A stretch of 64,000 nt of DNA from Podarcis vaucheri (taxonomy: Eukaryota): assembly GCA_965113315.1 (NCBI GenBank), contig OZ220369.1. The stretch is one strand, 5' to 3'. Of this stretch, positions 27,124-39,614 are shown one piece after another. Positions within the stretch are counted from its first letter, which is position 1; every line of letters begins with the position of its first letter. The position numbers and the translations under genes are program-made. A model generated the notes under the pieces. It ran no database searches. It was given only the letters and a program-made list of their open reading frames with translations, and had not been told where the DNA came from.

Positions 27124-27365
27124 CTTGTTATGGTCCGCCTGAGCCCTCATCGTCTCTGACTTGGTAGGTGAGGAGGAAGCTTCCAGTGCGGTCAAGGCCC
27201 GCTCCTTTGACTCCAGCCACTTCAGCACGGAGCCCACCTCCTCCTGGACATCTCTCATCTTGGCCAACATGGAGGACAGCTGCTCCTGGTGCCCCCGTAA
27301 GGTGGCACCAAGCCCCTCATACTGCTGGTTGACATCTGACACGTCACACTGGATCTCTGTCAAAT
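27124..27365 (-). CDS. MACF1: MACF1 exon U (242 nt, phase 1-0): (D)LTEIQCDVSDVN...AQADHNK
   Basis: Acceptor TGTTTAG, weak donor AAG|GTTCCT. Confidence 0.9.
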
Positions 27366-28115
27366 CTAAACAAAACAAAACAAAAAGAGAGAGGGGGAGG
27401 ACTGAATCAGAGCTGGAGAAATGATTTCATTTCCATGTTGATGGTAATATAAAGATAAAAAGTTAGAGATGTGTTCATATGGACAAAGACAGGACACCTA
27501 AGCAGATCAGCTGAGGTGATTCCAGGGGTACCTGTGCGGTTGTACCTGTGTGGTTCACAGGCACACTACACATAACAAATGTGTGCTTTCCATACATTCT
27601 GATGGAAGGCAGGGCCAATGAAGTCACAGAAACAGGAAATGCCAAGTTATTCGCCATGCATTCGAGAACAGACCAGACATGAGTTCCAAAAGGCACTTGA
27701 AATAAGCCAGTCTTCTCTACCCTGGTGCCCTCCATGTGTTTTAGCCAACAACTCCCATGAGCCCCAGTTGCATGTGGTCCAGCAACAGGTTGTGGGGAGG
27801 CTGTTCTAAACCCTCTCCCAAAATATTCACCTCAGACAGAAAAACATTTTGCTCTTATTCTGCAAGTTCTCAGTATTTGCTCTGACTACCACCATCTTGG
27901 CCTGAGGAGCAGCAGACAGGCCTCACAATTTGGTTTGAGGTGAAGCAGCCAGACTGTTGTGAGAAGGTATCCTCCTTGGACACCAGGTGAGGCTTGGGAG
28001 GGGGTGGGAAAAGACCCTTGCAAAGCTTTTACTCTGCAGCATGCCCTCTCCCCTCCCCACAGTTCAAACAGAGGTGACACATGCTCTGGGGTTAGAGCAT
28101 CACCTTATTTTCTCC

Positions 28116-28261
28116 AGCTGCTTTATACCAAGTCAGACCATTGGTCCAGCTCACTCAGTGTTGCTTGGACTGACTGACAGCAGCTCTCCAGGGTTTCTGA
28201 CAGAGGACTTTCCCACCTGGAGATGCTGGGGACTGAACCTGGGCAGGTGCTCTACCAGTGA
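28116..28261 (-). mobile_element. tRNA-derived SINE (Squam3-like); more minus copies at ~2322-2400, 30613-30832, 36130-36185, 37140-37278
   Basis: Reverse-complement similarity to the 38651 copy (agtcagaccattggtcca..cagcagctctccagggtttc..gactgaacctggg). Confidence 0.7.
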
Positions 28262-28626
28262 TATTTTACCTTGAATACAGGGGACAACAGTGGGCACCCA
28301 AACACAATCTCCATCCATAAGGGATAGAGGATGCATCGGAATACCAGCTGCTGGGAATCACAAGACAGTAGGAGAGAGCTGCTGCTATACTCAAGTACTG
28401 CTTGTGGGATTCCCACTGGGGCATCTGGTTGGCCACTGTGAGAACAGAGGGCTGGACTCGATGGGTCCCTTATGGCCTGATCCAGCAGCCAGGCTCTTCT
28501 TCAGGGCAACCAGCAACATGTGCCTCGGCCTTACCAACTTCCCTGTTAGTTTGAGAGAACAACAGGACAACACCAGCCACAGGACACAACTCACACAAGC
28601 ACGCACAACAGTCTGGGCTCTCTCAC

Positions 28627-28689
28627 CTTTGCAGGTGTGATATCCATTAACGCTGCCTACAGAACTTCCCCCAGCGGGCAGCACAGAAC
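28627..28689 (-). CDS. MACF1: MACF1 exon T (63 nt, symmetric phase 1-1, likely cassette): GSVLPAGGSSVGSVNGYHTCK
   Basis: Acceptor TTTTGCTCAG, donor AAG|GTGAGA; peptide matches the MACF1 linker as I recall it. Confidence 0.92.
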
Positions 28690-29391
28690 CTGAGCAAAAC
28701 AACAGAGAGACAAGACAAAACGACAGAGACAAAACATGTTAGAAATACGGGTGTCTGAAAACACATGTAAGTGGTGCCCTTTGCAGCCATAATACAGCCC
28801 TTTCTAGGAGGCCACGAAGGGGCTATGTGCAAACAGAGACCAACATCTGAGAGGGGATGTTGCTGTTTTAAAGCTTCCACAGGACAGCTTCAGCAGCATC
28901 AAAGTGGTAGCCCAAACTTTTGAAAACACTGGGTCCCAAAGTAGGCGATACTGCCCTGGGAGCAGGATTGCTTAGTGGGGTGCCAAGAGGCAAATAGGTG
29001 GGGGGGGGTGAGGGGGACGCTGGAGGTGCAAATGACTACCAAACATTGAAAAGCTGGCATTTCTGGATCAAGTTCATCAGTTTTGTTGAATTAATTAAAC
29101 TAAATAGATTTAATTGGATTTGGATTAAATGTGCAATTAATTGTTCCTGTTTTGAATTTTATTGTGCTATTAGTGGGTTGTGTAAACTGCTATTCTGAAT
29201 AATGCTTTTAATAAGGCAGGGTACAGGGCACTGAGGATGAGTTTATGGAGTCAAGGGGGCAGTGGCCCAAAAAGGTGTGGGAACCATTGTTGTAATATGG
29301 TTAGAAATAACTCATTATACTTCTGCAGTGATTGTTGGTGTGGAAGCTCGTTAGCACATTTTTTGCTGTGGGTGTTTCATCTGGGGGGGAC

Positions 29392-30137
29392 GTTTCCATG
29401 GAGATTGTCTGTTGCGACAACCTGACTTCTGCTGGATCCTCACCCAAGTGCAACTCTACCAGCTTGTTTCCGGCAGCCCCCAATACCAAACAAAAGGCCC
29501 TCATTTCCACTGATGGCCAAATGCCTGGTTCAGAGGAGATATTCTCTCAAAAGCTCTGCAAGCAAGAGACTGTGATTGTAGTACACATATCAGCCTAAAG
29601 AATCCATAATAACAATGTAGAACTCTTGCACAATACTTTTTTATCACCCTTGCATAAGACTTTTTTTATTTAAAACAAAACAAACAAACAAACAAAAAAC
29701 AGATGGAGATGAATATTTCTCTCCACAAGACAAAAAAGCACAAGCCTCCATTATGCCCATTGAAAAATATGAAAACTGGCTGAAAACATTTGCTCTAGTG
29801 CACTTCCCAGTTTGTTGTTCGTTTTTAATTAAAGTTGTGCACTGGTACAAAAATATCGCCACACATGCCCAAATGTGGGCCATTTCACGGAACCTCTCTA
29901 TGATAAAGGCTGTGTGTAAATAAAATCCCAACCCCAAATGTGGTTCACTGTTGTTTCAGTAGCAGATAGTGACATGTCACAACCTTAGCTTTGGGTGTTT
30001 GCCTGAAGCTCAGTTCCTTGTCGTTGCCTGGGTAACAACAAGGAAGACATCGAAGAACAATCTCCATGAAGTCATGTGGCTTGGTGCTGCAGCAGGAAGT
30101 AATCCTGTCACCTGGGAAACCAGTGTGACTGACCTTT
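29392..30137. promoter_or_regulatory. Candidate RFX X-box / ETS / nuclear-receptor motif cluster
   Basis: GTTTCCATGGAGAT 29392-29405, GTTGCCTGGGTAAC 30023-30036, CAGGAAGT 30093-30100, GTCACCTGGGAAAC 30107-30120, TGACCTTT 30130-30137. Confidence 0.5.
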
Positions 30138-31691
30138 GCATATATTAACGCTGTAAAGTGCGGAGCCAACAACACAAAAGCAGTATTTGGGTGGCTATTA
30201 TGTTGCCCAATTCATGCACAAACTGAGCCACAATTCATTTTAGAATGATGGATGTACCTGGGAGAAAAAAGCCTCAGCATAAACAAAATTAGCACAGCAC
30301 AAGACCACACAGCTTTCTCAATACTTCTTCCCCCACATTTTATTGAGTCCTGGGAACCAAATACCAGGGGGGGCTATATATGGTTCAGAGAACAGGAGGG
30401 CAGAGGTCTAATAAACCCCCAAGATCTACTAACAGACCTAGGTGCAAAAGACACACCGTGAGACTAAAAGAGAAGCATATTCTGAGCTAAGGAATTTGCT
30501 TTCAGAGCAAAGGCTGAACTGAGATCACAGTCCTAGTTGCCACAAGCACAGCAATTCAGACAAAGGGCATGTCCAGGACTCTGTCTGCTCGGGTCTTGTG
30601 GGTTCACTGGAACAGAGGAAGCTACCTTATAGAAAGCCGGACCATTGGTCCTTCAGCGGGCTTTCCGTGGTTTCAGGCAGGAGCGTTTCATCAACCCTCC
30701 CTGGAGACACCAGAGATTAAAAATGGGACCTTCCGCACATTAAGTATTTATTTAGTTATTTTAATTTATATACTGCCCTTCTCCCATAGATCTCAGAGTG
30801 GTTCACACAAAGCATGTGCTCTACCACTGAGCAGCAGTCAGCTGCTGCAACCTGAAGATTCAGACAAGGGGCGTGTAGAGGTGTGGCCTACGTCATGCTT
30901 GCTCATCCCTTGCCCTTCATGGATAATTACATCTAGGAGAAGAAGAAAATGAAGTGCCTGCATCCAGGTGGCAATTGATGGCTTTTAGGAGAGACGGTCT
31001 CTTGAAAACCAAAGTCACCTTAGGCCTCAAGGATGGATAACACCTGTTAGACAGGAGGGAACATCCTCTTCCTGAGCAAGGTGCTTGAGCAGATGGTGGC
31101 CACACAACTGCCACATTTGAGTATTATTTAGCTGTTAATCCACTCCCCCGCCTGATTCAAATCAGAGCAGAGTGGTCCACACCAGCACACATTTGAATTT
31201 GTACTTGAGGAACAACTTCAGTCATCCCCATTCATACCCAAAAGGCATTCCCTTTTGTGGTCATCCCTGCCTTCTAATTTGTTGATTCTATTATGCTAAT
31301 TAAGTACCAACAGGGCATGTTGCTAATAGCTGCATGGACACCATGTTCTTAAAAAAAAAAAACCCCACCCAAGAAGTGTGCAAAAGCACAGTCAGGCAAT
31401 TGTAAATTCTCTCTCGCAGTTTTCTGGTTTTGTGCAATCGAGGGGATCAAAAGGAAAATAGGGAGAGAGGGAAAGAAGGGGCATATATAGGGTTAAGCTC
31501 TTGACATGCCCTTACCAGCAGGGTGGAAAAGAAATGAAAGCTATTGATAATTCTCAGCACACACTTTTTAGGTTGCTGCACAATATATCTGTTGCAGCCA
31601 TTTTTAATGTGGTTTGCTTGTGCAGTTTTCTGGTTTTGTGCAAATCTGACTAAGCATTTGGAAAAAAATTCTGATAGTAAGAGCTGTTTGG

Positions 31692-31849
31692 CAGTGGAAC
31701 AGAGTGCCACGAGAGGTGATGGAATCTCCTTCCTTGGAGGTTTTTAAGCAGAGGTTGGATCTGTCATGGATGCTTTAGCAAAGATTCCTGTATTGCAGGG
31801 CGTGGACTAGATGACCCCTGGGTCCCTTCCAACTCTAAGATTCTATGAT
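31692..31849 (+). mobile_element. CR1 LINE 3' end
   Basis: tctccttccttggaggtttttaagcagaggttggat...ggactagatgacc..ggtcccttccaactctaagATTCTATG, the canonical CR1 terminus. Confidence 0.9.
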
Positions 31850-32623
31850 CAAAAGAAAAAAAGTTCTCTTCTGGAGTTTTCTGGGGAAAGTTGCAAAAAC
31901 AGCTGGAAAAGCAACAAAAACACTGAGGAAGTTGTGGGCATGGAAAAGAGAGTAGCAAAAAGTGACAATTAATCTAACCACCCAAAAATACCAAAACAAA
32001 TGGTCAGCGACTGCAAGTGGAGTGGTTTGGAATCTAATATCCTGCAAGGGAAGAAGTATTGAATTTAATCTTGTCCAAGGGTTACACGTATTAAATGGAG
32101 ACGCAAACAGCTGCAAAAACACTGTAAACTCCGGGATGGACAAGCCCCCAATTCAATCTGGGTCTTGGCATAGAAACCAGATTGGTCACCCTGATAAATG
32201 ATTTATGTCAAGAGAGTGATGGAAAAGTGCTACCGTACTGAATATCCAGGACCACTCATGACTTCCTGTATGTTCTAGGTCGCCTCTATAGGTTAGGAAT
32301 TGTGGGAATGGCCATCCAGTGGTTTCACTCCACTTCTGGTGATTTCCAGAAGATGGCGCTGGGGGACAACTGCTCAGCCCTGTGTCATTTATACTATGGG
32401 GTCATGCAAGTCTTCATCTTTTTTTCTTTTTAGCCTGCTAGGCCTTTAAAATGTTTTACTACTTGAAATTCTGGTTTTCTGCTGCTCTGCTTATTCTTTT
32501 ACTGTTTTTTTATACTTTTTATAGCAACTTGCTGTATTTTGCTGCTTTATGTGCTGCAAAAATCCTTGGAATCATGAATGAAGAGCAGTATAAAAATCCC
32601 AAAATGAGTATAAATTAAATAAA

Positions 32624-32762
32624 TAGAGCAACCTCCACCTACTTGGTGCCCTCCAGATGTTTTGGACTAAAATTCCCATCTGCCCCAGCTAGTATGGTGG
32701 GGGCTGATGGGAGTTGTAGTTCAAGACATCAGGAAGGCAACAGGTTGGTGAAGGCTGCTCTA
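32624..32762. mobile_element. Palindromic hAT-like MITE (~135 bp), best copy
   Basis: TAGAGCA..TGCTCTA termini; arms ccagatgttttggacta.aa.tcccatc / gatgggagttgtagt.caa.acatc. Confidence 0.8.
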
Positions 32763-33129
32763 CTTGGAATAGAGTACTACAGCTGAAGTTTCAGGCAGAA
32801 ATGGGTCTTCTTGAGATTCTTTAACAAAGGTAGCCTGGGGACTGAAGTGCTCCACCACATCGCCTCTGACCACCAATGTGAACACAAAACAAGAATGCCA
32901 GAAATGGGCGAGATCTTCCAAGATGTTATGCAGAGAGCAGAATTGCTGAATCAGGACAAGCCTTATGGCTTATTCCCCAATCCATCCCCTGCCACACACC
33001 TCAAGTTTCTATGGTTTGGACAAATCAGCAACTGAAGTCAGGAGGGCTCACAAAGTGGAGGAAGGACTGTGCTGTCTCTGTGGTCTCCAAACAGCTTTGA
33101 AGACACGTGCTCCTGTCTCTCTCACCCAC

Positions 33130-33247
33130 CTGATTTGGACTGGGCATCAGGAGCTGTAATCTCAACTATCAGGCTCTCCAAGGCCGTCCCCCTGCGGTTG
33201 ATCTCATCCACAAGAACTCCTTTCCCTGTCCATTCTTCCAAGATCAC
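33130..33247 (-). CDS. MACF1: MACF1 exon S (118 nt, phase 0-1): VILEEWTGKGVLVDEINRRG...APDAQSKS
   Basis: Acceptor TTTAACAG, donor CAG|GTGGGT; translated by hand. Confidence 0.92.
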
Positions 33248-34346
33248 CTGTTAAAGAGATCACAGTCAGGCATCAGAAGGTGGCCAAAGGCAAGTAGGGC
33301 AAGCCAAGACTTGGCTGGCCCTGGTGCACATTTATATCTGACCTATCCCTTTAACATCAAGTGAATACTTACAGCGGCTCACAAATTTGTCAAAACAGCA
33401 AATGAAATAACGTTAGAACATGGGAAACTATCAGAACAGATTTAAAGCATTTAAAATGCCAGTAAAACGAGTGTGTTTTCAATGCCTGCCTAAGGCTGGG
33501 CAATCAAGGGACCAGACATGCTGTAATCTGGATGCCGCAACCCAAGAAAGACCTCTCTCTTATCCCTACCTACTGATGGGTGAAGGGGGAGCAGGAAACA
33601 TAAAGAAGGGGCCACAGCAGAAAGTTCTCAGGTAGTTTTCTATGGAAGGAGGCAATTCATGAAACACCAGGCTGGGCCCCAGGGAAAGGTATCCTCCACC
33701 AGTTCCACTGCACAAAGTACTATTGGATGCAGAAATCCAACATCTGGAGAACTTCAGCATCCATGTTTTCTTTCAAAACCCATAATGATGTGAAGACAGG
33801 CCTGAATAGATGGCCATAATCCTGCCAAGTCTCAACAGAAAAGCGGGGAGGGGCAGAGCAGCTTTTGCCAACCTGGTGGTCTCCAGATGTTTTGGATACT
33901 GACTCCCCTCAGTCCCAGCTATCAGGTTTGGAAAGGGCAAGCAGAATTTCTAGTACTCAGGAACTGGAGCCTGGTGCTCTGCATATCTCTTTGCCTCAGG
34001 TCAACCTCAGAAGCAGAATATATTTTGCAAAACAAGCAAACTGATACAAACCTGCAATGGCCCAGGGCACGGCCTGAAAGCACACAATGCATCAGTCTTG
34101 CTGATGCTTAACAGGTGTGTCTGCCCAGCACTTGGGATGCATCACCCACCTGGGCAGCCCTCTGGGTTAATTTAATTTAATTAGTTTATTGCAAAATTTA
34201 TAAACCGCTCTGCATTCAGAGGCTACCTGATAGAACAAAAGACAAATATCATTTGCACAATGCCACAACCCAGATCTCAAGATTAATTTTGGGGGAGGTG
34301 CAGAATTGTGATTTGTTGGTTCATAGAGTACACCACAGCTCTGGCT

Positions 34347-34576
34347 ATAGGGAACAAGGCAGAGGGCCTTCTCGGTAGTGGCGCCTTCCCTGTGGAACAC
34401 CCTCCCACCAGATGTCAAAGAGAACAACAACTACCAGGCTTTTAGAAGACATCTGAAGGCAGCCCTGTTTCGGGAAGCTTTTAATGTTTGATGTATCACA
34501 GTATTTTAATATTCTTTTGGAAGCCGCCCAGAGTGGCTGGGGAAGCCCAGCCAGATGGGCGGGGTATAAATAATAA

Positions 34577-34624
<48 letters not shown>
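34347..34624 (+). mobile_element. L2-clade LINE 3' end with (TTA)n tail
   Basis: agggccttctcggtagtggcgcc..ctgtggaac.ccctcc ORF2-end motif, gaagccgcccagagtggctggg..gatgggcggggtataaat, perfect TTA run 34578-34624. Confidence 0.75.
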
Positions 34625-34826
34625 GGAAGACTAGAGAAAGCCTACAAGAGAGGGTCCCCCCAAGAGCTTCCTGTATTTGTTGCCGTTTCAGAGGAAAGTA
34701 GCCCCTATTCAGACCATCAACCCAGAGGCAGTGAAGCTCTTCTGTTTATGTTGTTGTGATCTCCCTCCCTCAAGAGCACATCTTCCCTAGCAGGCTCTGG
34801 GACTCTTTCCTTCTTTCTCTGCCCAC

Positions 34827-34983
34827 CTCAATTTGCTGCATCCGCTTCTCCAACTCATGGGTGCCCAAAGAAGCCTCTGTGGCTGGGATAGTCGCCTCTG
34901 TTTCTTTCAGCCACTGCTTTGTGGATTCAACCAGTTTTCGGAATTCGTCCAACTGTTCTTGGCAGGAGGATGCGCCCTTCTCT
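34827..34983 (-). CDS. MACF1: MACF1 exon R (157 nt, phase 2-0): EKGASSCQEQLDEFRKL...MQQIE
   Basis: Acceptor TTCCCAG, donor GAG|GTGGGC. Confidence 0.92.
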
Positions 34984-36239
34984 CTGGGAAGTGGAGAGAA
35001 AGGAGGCAGGTAAAAAAGTGGGCCAGCTCTGCTAGCCCTTTTCCTAGCATGTATTCCATCAGATGAATTCTAAGTCACCGAGAAGTCTGCAACCACAGCA
35101 GGCTCAACCTCAACTCCTGCTCCCAAAATGTGTTGGGCTGCTGTGTAAGGAATTATGAGAAAAACAATGTCCAAAGTTCACTTAACACCTGCATATATGC
35201 CAAGTATTGTTACTGCTCCTTCTGCAACACTGGACCACCTATTTGGGACATTGTTGCTCAGTCCAATGGATTAAGGACTGAAAGGAAATCTCAGCCTCTT
35301 CATGCTCTGTTCTTCGTTCCTGGCTGATCAGGCCCTAACAAGGTTATCCACCCACCACAGAAAAGTGAGCAGACATTTAGACTAAGTTCTCCTGTTAAGT
35401 AAATTCTGCCAAAGCCAACCACCACCTCCCAGTCATGCTGAGAAAACACTGAGGCAGAGATGGTCTACACCCTTCCCGAAACCTTCAAGTTATCAAAATG
35501 TCAGTTTATGACAGCTTTGTTCTTCAACCTTCTCTCTGCCTCTGTCTCTGGTGTGAGGTAAGTAGGTTTTAACTCACTACCACAAGCAGAGAAAGAAAAT
35601 AAACTTGGTGTTCCCAGGAAAAGCATTGCCTTGACATGTCTTTGTCAGGCTGTGACTTTAGACAGGGGGGTTCTCCATCTTTGTGGTCCCATTTGGAAAC
35701 CTAAGAAGCTATCACAGGCACGAGAAAACACTCATTCCATAGAAGAAAAACTGATGATGCTCAGACATCCTCCAAAGAAGACAACTTTCCCCCCCACCAA
35801 AAAAAAGCAGACAACTCCCTCCAAAACACGACCTCTGAAAAAAAGTCAAAGCAGCCCTCATTAAAAACAAAACAACAACAACGAAGGAGAACCAAGTTTT
35901 AGATACATGTTGGTTTTGACATTCCTTCTCCAACTGGTGTGAATTTCTATTGAGCAAAAATTCACGACTAAGCACCAGCCACATTGTTTGGAAACCACAC
36001 TGGCAGGAAAGGAATTAAGTTGTAAAAGGAGCCATATTACGAAGCTGGATCTTGGCCCCCTTCCAAACATGCCCTCCACCTCTGCAAAGGACAAGATGCA
36101 GGGCCACTTGCACTGTCTCTTGTGCATGTGGCACAACCCTCGGTCCTTCTGGATGCAAAGCAGATGCTCTACCCCTGAGCTGCAGAGTGTCTGCTCATCA
36201 CCACCTTTGTATCACAGAGCAGCAAAGAGCACCCCTTAC

Positions 36240-36409
36240 CGTTCCCTTGCTGCTTTCTGCAACTGCATGAAGTCTTTCCGCAAACTGTGCACCTTCTCCT
36301 GGTGTGAGGAGGAGCTTGCTGCTGCAAAACCACAAGAGCTCAGCTCCGTGGTCAGATGTTCCAATGTGTCCAAGTCCTCGTGGTGCTGCTTCATCTCAGA
36401 ATTCAATTC
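36240..36409 (-). CDS. MACF1: MACF1 exon Q (170 nt, phase 0-2): ELNSEMKQHHEDLDTLEHL...AARE(R)
   Basis: Acceptor TTGCCAG, donor GTAAGG. Confidence 0.93.
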
Positions 36410-37326
36410 CTGGCAACAAAGCAGGGGTGGATGGAATGTTGCCATTAGAACAAAGAGCAGTGCCCAACACACAGGTCCAAGTTGGTCCTCTGGGACAAAT
36501 TCACTACAGAAAGCCGCCAGTGGAGACTGCACAGCTCATGTCAGCTCCTGGAAGCCATGTGTGACTGGGGGTGTTGTGGGGAGGCAGAAGGGATATGCAT
36601 GTGTGTATGTGTGTGTGTGCGCGCGAAGAATTTTTATTCAGATCATGCTGAAAGGCAATTATACCAAATTTGCACTTCCCAAAACAACACACAAGCCAAA
36701 ATGCAGCCATCCTTTGAAATTTACACTTCTCTAAATTTTGCATATACCAGGTAAAGTGAGCATTAAAAGGCTCCTATTAGTGAAAGTCAATTGTCAATAT
36801 ATGGTTTGATTGTACTACTAGCCACTTTGAGCTTCCAACGAGGAAAGGTGGAGTATAGAACTATTAAGTAAAGGCCAATTTGAGGGCCATATTCCTTCCT
36901 TGTTAACATTTAGGGGCCACATGCTAGCAACGGGTAGGGCCAATGCAAAAGGCAGCTGGGTGGATCCACCCCACTCTCCCTCACTTACACACCCACCCAC
37001 ATAAGAGACACCCACTTATTCACAAACTCCTTCCCTCCTCCATCTTGCTCTCTCACACACATTCTCCCCCAGCAATCAGGATTACAAATGAGCCCTCGTT
37101 TTCAGCGTTCAAACTCTGAGCATGCTGCATTCCCATGCATGTAAAAGCTGCTTTATTCTGAGCCAGACCTTTGGTCCATCAAGTCCCCAAAGGCCTTTCC
37201 CAGCTTTGCACCTCAAAGTGCCAGGGACTGGACCTAGGCACCTGTGCATACAATCCTGTGGCTCCACTCCTGAGCTATGCCGGGTCCCCCATCACTCCTC
37301 TCTGTCTCTCTCCACCATCATCTCAC

Positions 37327-37644
37327 CTGGATCTGTTGGGAGAAGTGAGCAATGTCACGATCGGGCTGGTTTCCCGAGGCCAACAGCCGCATCCTGCTCT
37401 CCATGAACTGATGCAGTTTCTCAGAGAGGTGCTCGTACTGCTCCACCTTGGGGAGGAGATCCTTCAAGGCGTCCTCCTTCTCCTGCTGCTGCCGGCAAAG
37501 GCTGCCAAAGCGCTCTGTCACCTCGGCCAGCTTGCTCTGCAGAGCGGCAGCTGTGGCACTGTCGGCGGTCTCCATGAAGCGGGTCACCATCTCCCGGGTG
37601 GCTTCGAGGCTGCTCTTTTGCCTGGCGATGTCCTGCTTCAGCTT
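37327..37644 (-). CDS. MACF1: MACF1 exon P (318 nt, phase 0-0): KLKQDIARQKSSLEATREMVTRFMETAD...SQQIQ
   Basis: Acceptor TTAACAG, donor CAG|GTGAGA. Confidence 0.95.
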
Positions 37645-37913
37645 CTGTTAACGGACACACAAGGGCAGGCAGGCAGACATAAGGATTGGGGGGAAGGAAT
37701 TCTGTTCTGCTCGCTTTTCACAGCCAACTGACCCAATCCTGAACTTCATTGTGGATTGGAACGCAACTCCCTGTTGGACTACGCATGTCTCTTGCTTTTG
37801 CAGTGCAGTTTTGGTGCATTCCAAAGTGTGCATAAAAATACTTTAGTCTACCCTGCACAGAAATATTTGGGAAGAAAACCATGGGCAGAAAGCAAAGACA
37901 AACCCCGGCTTAC

Positions 37914-38122
37914 CATGTTTGTGGCGAGGGTCTCCTGGATGGAGATAGAGGAGAAAGCAGCCACGTCTTCCCTCTGGAGGTTCCTCTCTACCTCAGCCAC
38001 GGACTGAAGGAGGCTCTCCAGCCCCTCCTGCACACTCTGGGACTGGGCGATGGACTTCTGCAAGAGGTCTGAGCGTTCTGCCATCTGACAGGATAGGTTC
38101 TGGAAACGGCTCACGAGGGAAT
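37914..38122 (-). CDS. MACF1: MACF1 exon O (209 nt, phase 1-0): (D)SLVSRFQNL...QSQSVQEGLESLL...LATNM
   Basis: Acceptor CCCTCAG, donor ATG|GTAAGC. Confidence 0.93.
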
Positions 38123-38413
38123 CTGAGGGAGCACCAAATCCATTACAAACTGGGTGCGGAAAATTAAAATGGGTGGAGGGCTTCCAGTACAGTACCCCAT
38201 AGATCGTGTGGGGTCCAGCTGCCACAAATCACTCAGCCGTGTAAAAGGCCAACTAAGGAGGTTGAGAAATGTTATTTCTCAGAGCTGGCCAGCCCAAGGC
38301 ACTTTGGTGCTGGAGGTGGTGAACTCAAACAGCACCTTCCCATTTCCAGAACCCCCCTGGGAAGTCCACAAAGCAACAAGGGCCAGAGAGCAGGCAGCTC
38401 TTTCCATCCTTAC

Positions 38414-38537
38414 CTGTGGTTTCCTGAATGCCTCTGTGATCAGGTAAGGGCGCTTCGTGTATTTCCAAGAGGGACCGAGCTGCCTTCTCAAGCCTCTCTA
38501 CGGGCACTTGGTGCTCTGCAAGGTCTTCCTGCAGGTG
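38414..38537 (-). CDS. MACF1: MACF1 exon N (124 nt, phase 0-1): HLQEDLAEHQVPVERLEK...IQETT
   Basis: Acceptor CAACAG, donor CAG|GTAAGG. Confidence 0.92.
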
Positions 38538-38650
38538 CTGTTGCAATTGACACGGCAGTGAGAGCAGAGCAGGAATTAGAGCAGGGACAGACATGAAGAA
38601 TAAGCTACAGCTCTTTGATATAATATCTCAATAAATCCTGGCTGTGGTTA

Positions 38651-38814
38651 GGGAAGGGCCATATGTCAATGGCAGGGCATCTGTTTTGCACATGGAAGGT
38701 CCTCAGATCAATCTTGGGCATTGATCTGGGAGAGATCCCTACCTGAAAACTTGGAGAGCTGCTGCCAGAGACCAACCAATGGTCTGACCCAATAGAACAC
38801 AGCTTCCTATGTTC
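38651..38814 (+). mobile_element. tRNA-derived SINE (Squam3-like)
   Basis: Head agggccat....aatggcagggcatctg.tttgca..gaaggtcc; tail ggagagctgctgccag..accaatggtctgac..agcttcctatgttc. Confidence 0.7.
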
Positions 38815-39208
38815 ATAATATACTTAATCATCATGGACACTCTCTGTTTTTAACCATCATTGATCTTGCCAACTTTGATGGCAACTAACTGGGCCAAGTT
38901 TTTTGGGGGTAGGCAGTGCCTTACGGGCAGTGAACTGGTCATTGGTTATTGGCATACATTGGTCACGTTGCACTGATTTTTTTGTTGAATTGTTGCTGGG
39001 TGGGTTTAATTGGTTTATTCCTGAATCATAAGTTTTAATTTTGTTGATATCACTTTGGAAGTCACCCAGGGAAATATTTTCATTATGAGATGAATAAATG
39101 GAATGAATGGATGAATGAAATATTCAGTGGAGAGGAAAATGTACTTTGCACACATCTGTGCTCTTTTGGGGGCTACACATTCTATGAGATCAAGCAAGGC
39201 AGCATACT

Positions 39209-39347
39209 AGGCTTCCCCATGTGAGTGCCCTCTGAATGTTGTTGGACTACAACTCCCATTATCCTTGGCTGCTGGCCATGCTGCCTGGGGCTGATGGAAA
39301 TTGGAATCCAACAGCATCTGGTGGGTAGCAGTTTTGGTGAAGGCTGC
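39209..39347. mobile_element. Palindromic MITE, full copy
   Basis: gtgccctctgaatgttgttggactacaactcccat ... ctgatggaaattggaatccaacagcatctgg. Confidence 0.75.
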
Positions 39348-39437
39348 CATATATGTAATGTACAACCCCATATGCTAACCCAGATTCCTAACAATTCCAA
39401 GACTAAGCCAGGGGAGCCATGAGCCCTGTTCACTTAC

Positions 39438-39614
39438 TTTGGCACTGGCAAGCTGCCTCTGTAAAATGGCTGGATCTGAAGAAACAGGCTCTGACAGGAG
39501 AGTTGCCATAGCCTCTTCGCTCTCTTGTAGCCACGTCCGGAGAGATTCTGCTATGTCCTGGAACTGCTGAGAGCGATCCAGGAGCATACTCAGATGGGAA
39601 CCAAGCGCAGTGCA
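39438..39614 (-). CDS. MACF1: MACF1 exon M (177 nt, phase 0-0): CTALGSHLSMLL...QLASAK
   Basis: Acceptor TTTTGCAG, donor AAA|GTAAGT. Confidence 0.93.
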
